The notes beneath the pieces were generated by a model. That model was not told where the DNA came from. It was given only the letters and a program-made list of their open reading frames with translations, and did not search any database. A stretch of 62,563 bases of DNA, counting the filler, from Asterionella formosa (lineage: Eukaryota), in assembly GCA_002256025.1 (NCBI GenBank). It is 5 parts of 5 records of this genome, joined end to end, with 100 filler letters (N's around TTAATTAATTAA, not from the genome) between each part and the next. Parts side by side here need not be neighbours in the genome. Positions count along the whole stretch, not along the records: positions 58,928 to 60,696 come from NKIB01001238.1; positions 60,797 to 62,563 come from NKIB01001240.1; 3 more parts are not named here. One strand, given 5' to 3'. A program made the position numbers and the translations under genes. This document shows positions 60,412 through 62,563 of this stretch, piece by piece (the first letter of the stretch is position 1; every line of letters begins with the position of its first letter).

Positions 60412-60696
60412 AGGGGGGGGGGAAGTTTTGCTCGCTTCCCGTATCTTCACTTGCTAGCAGGAGCTTTTGCTTCTTGTACCGCTCAAAGGAGTACACCGTT
60501 TCTACTGACGGTCCCTATTCTACCTGGTTGTCATCATGCCGGATTATCATTAGGTGGTGGGGGACATTATATGTCCCTATCTCCCGTGCTTGGTGCAGAG
60601 AAGGAAATCGTGCCTTTGCAGCCCTAATCCCTACCTATGAGTCCGTGATACAGTTCGGGGCATTCGACAGTATCGAACCCCCGACCTCACCCCTAC
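60412..60696. ncRNA. Candidate structured RNA element, truncated by the gap
   Basis: G9 run followed by consecutive hairpins GGGAAG/CTTCCC, AGGAGC/GCTTCT, ACCGT/ACGGT, GGGACAT/ATGTCCC, TGCAGAG/CTTTGCA, and TCGGGG..TTCGA/TCGAA..CCCCGA. Confidence 0.4.
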
Positions 60697-60796
60697 NNNN
60701 NNNNNNNNNNNNNNNNNNNNNNNNNNNNNNNNNNNNNNNNTTAATTAATTAANNNNNNNNNNNNNNNNNNNNNNNNNNNNNNNNNNNNNNNNNNNN
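60697..60796. other. Artificial contig linker
   Basis: N run with TTAATTAATTAA. Confidence 0.98.
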
Positions 60797-61173
60797 TTCA
60801 ACAAGGCCAATCCATGCTTGGCTTCTTGAATTGTGGACGATGGCGACACCATGGCAATAATATTTGATTCTTCCACTGCATCCTCCAGTAGAATAGAAAG
60901 AGGTGACAACTCTTCCTTATTGTCAAGAAGGTTCTTGTTGAGATCGGCATGCCATAGATTGCAGTCCACATCAATTAATGACATGGACTTTTTATAATTA
61001 TTAGTATTACTATTCATGAATAAGAAGCGACGATGGTGACAACGATATGAATAATAATGCTGACTTTTGATAGTGGCAAAGCCCAACACGCCAAATGGGA
61101 TACTGCAGTAAGCAGCAGCAGCAGCAGCAGCAGCGGGTTTCCAGCAACGGTGACGGCACCACCAGCTTCTCAT
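60797..61173 (-). CDS. TatD-like amidohydrolase/DNase, N-terminal part (partial)
   Basis: LIDVDCNL...D and MVSPSSTIQEA resemble the TatD beta1/beta2 segments. Start uncertain; truncated by the gap. Confidence 0.55.
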
Positions 61174-61635
61174 ACTGATGATTGGATCATGGGATGGTCA
61201 CATTACAAATACATATATGTAACTGCTGAATCTTCATTGATGGAGGCAGCCCATCTTGCTCAGCTGCATACCGGTACAACCATATTTTCCTGACAAGTAC
61301 TACTCCTACCTACTAAGTAGTAGTCTATGTACATCAATATCAGCATATTTCATACACCGTATACCGTTACGACCGCTTTTTGTAATGGTACCAGGTACCA
61401 GGTAGCAAACAGCCAACACAAACCAACAACTGACACGAGCAATTTAAATATTTATGAAAATACCTGTACCTGGTCCTACCTATCTATGGCATAGCTAAAT
61501 GCATCTGTACTTTTCTCATTCTTTCTTCAGTTCGTATTTTTCTGACGTTGCGGACCCGGTTGACTATTATTTGTACTAATAGTAGTAGTAGCGCTTGATA
61601 TTACACGGATCAGTGACGGTTCCTGGCACAGAGTA

Positions 61636-61717
61636 CCAGCAAGTTGCGGTCATTTTGCTTAAACTAACATTTTAATATCGGATAAAGATAGCTAAAGTTT
61701 TAGTTTCAGCTTGCAGG
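61636..61717. mobile_element. MITE, copy 3 (TA target duplication; deletion in the right TIR)
   Basis: TA|CCAGCAAGTTGCGGTCATTTTGCT...CTTGCAGG|TA. Confidence 0.85.
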
Positions 61718-62262
61718 TACCAGGGGGTCCTACCGGTACCCCCGTGTTCGATTGGCTGTTCACGTTGATTTCCTGAACCCTGTTACCTGGTACCTGGTAC
61801 CTGGTTACTAGATACATACGGTGTCGTTGAGTCCGTCTTGTTGTTGCTGACAAAAGAAGCTTGTTTGTCCAACAAAGATCACCAAGTTGAACTCGCCACC
61901 TGGAACCCCAAGAAATATGTTTGTTGGCTCTGCTCGTCAATACAGAAATAATACATATTATATATATCATGAATATATTTTTAATAAATATGAAAATGGA
62001 ATCATGAGCTTTCCAATATTTGTCTACAGCACCGGTATTACTATATTATTATGTAATGTGCTATTGTTTATATTGTAATGTGCTATTGTTTATATATAAA
62101 CAATAGCACAATAAAAGACATACGCACTGCAATATCATTCGATGATGTTTCCTGGATTCTATCATCAAAACAACAAAATCATAAAAAATTCATATAATCG
62201 GCTCATCAGGCAGTGAATGATATGTGTTTTGCCTTTGCCGCAACCCCAAAAGTGCCAGCATC

Positions 62263-62563
62263 ATGAGACTACTATTCTCTCTTAGTATTACACTCCTTCC
62301 TACTGTGGCCAGCTTTTCTGCTCCTCCACAGTATCATCATCGCACTGTGTCACACCATCGTCATGCTGCAACCCTCAATCCTGGTGATAATGTAATGCTC
62401 ATTGGTCCTGGCTTCCTTCAACTAGTATTGGCTAAAACATGCAAGGCAGCTGGCCTTACTCCCATCATTGTAGGACCTCAATCCAAATTAGAATCCTTCC
62501 AATCGTTGGTGAAGGATGATTCCATAATGATGACTATCGGAATGCCAGAAGTTGGCGAACCTA
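62263..62563 (+). CDS. Plastid-targeted Rossmann-fold-like protein, partial (runs off the window)
   Basis: Open frame MRLLFSLSITLLPTVAS|FSAP...VMLIGPGFLQLVLAK...; not in the supplied ORF track. Confidence 0.7.
   Translation, partial: MRLLFSLSITLLPTVASFSAPPQYHHRTVSHHRHAATLNPGDNVMLIGPGFLQLVLAKTCKAAGLTPIIVGPQSKLESFQSLVKDDSIMMTIGMPEVGEP

Overview
Eukaryotic nuclear DNA, almost certainly from a diatom. The evidence is short 70-150 nt GT-AG introns, several bipartite signal+F plastid-targeting presequences, and Copia and Gypsy elements of diatom type. The window is five contigs joined by artificial N-TTAATTAATTAA-N linkers (28449-28548, 56959-57058, 58828-58927, 60697-60796), so adjacency across these linkers is not biological evidence. 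About 22 protein genes are present, including nicotinamidase, PRP8, YghU-type GST, ABC1 kinase, MND1, thiamine pyrophosphokinase, CDC20, IST1, AMMECR1, LENG1 and a TatD fragment. They are separated by decayed transposon DNA. The best leads are: (1) an F-box/pseudo-CDK/cyclin fusion gene that shares an identical 14-mer MSA-like motif and a CHR box at matching upstream distances with CDC20; (2) intergenic DNA saturated with TACCAGGTA/TACCTGGTA/TACCGGTA, which matches the predicted excision footprints of a TA-targeting MITE present in three copies; (3) an unidentified, heavily base-paired noncoding region at about 33.0-33.95 kb with a possible distant relative at 60.4-60.7 kb; (4) a CXXC-PHD chromatin reader head-to-head with an NPPY amino-methyltransferase; (5) a tRNA-headed SINE candidate. 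All calls come from reading the sequence by eye; no searches or folding were run.
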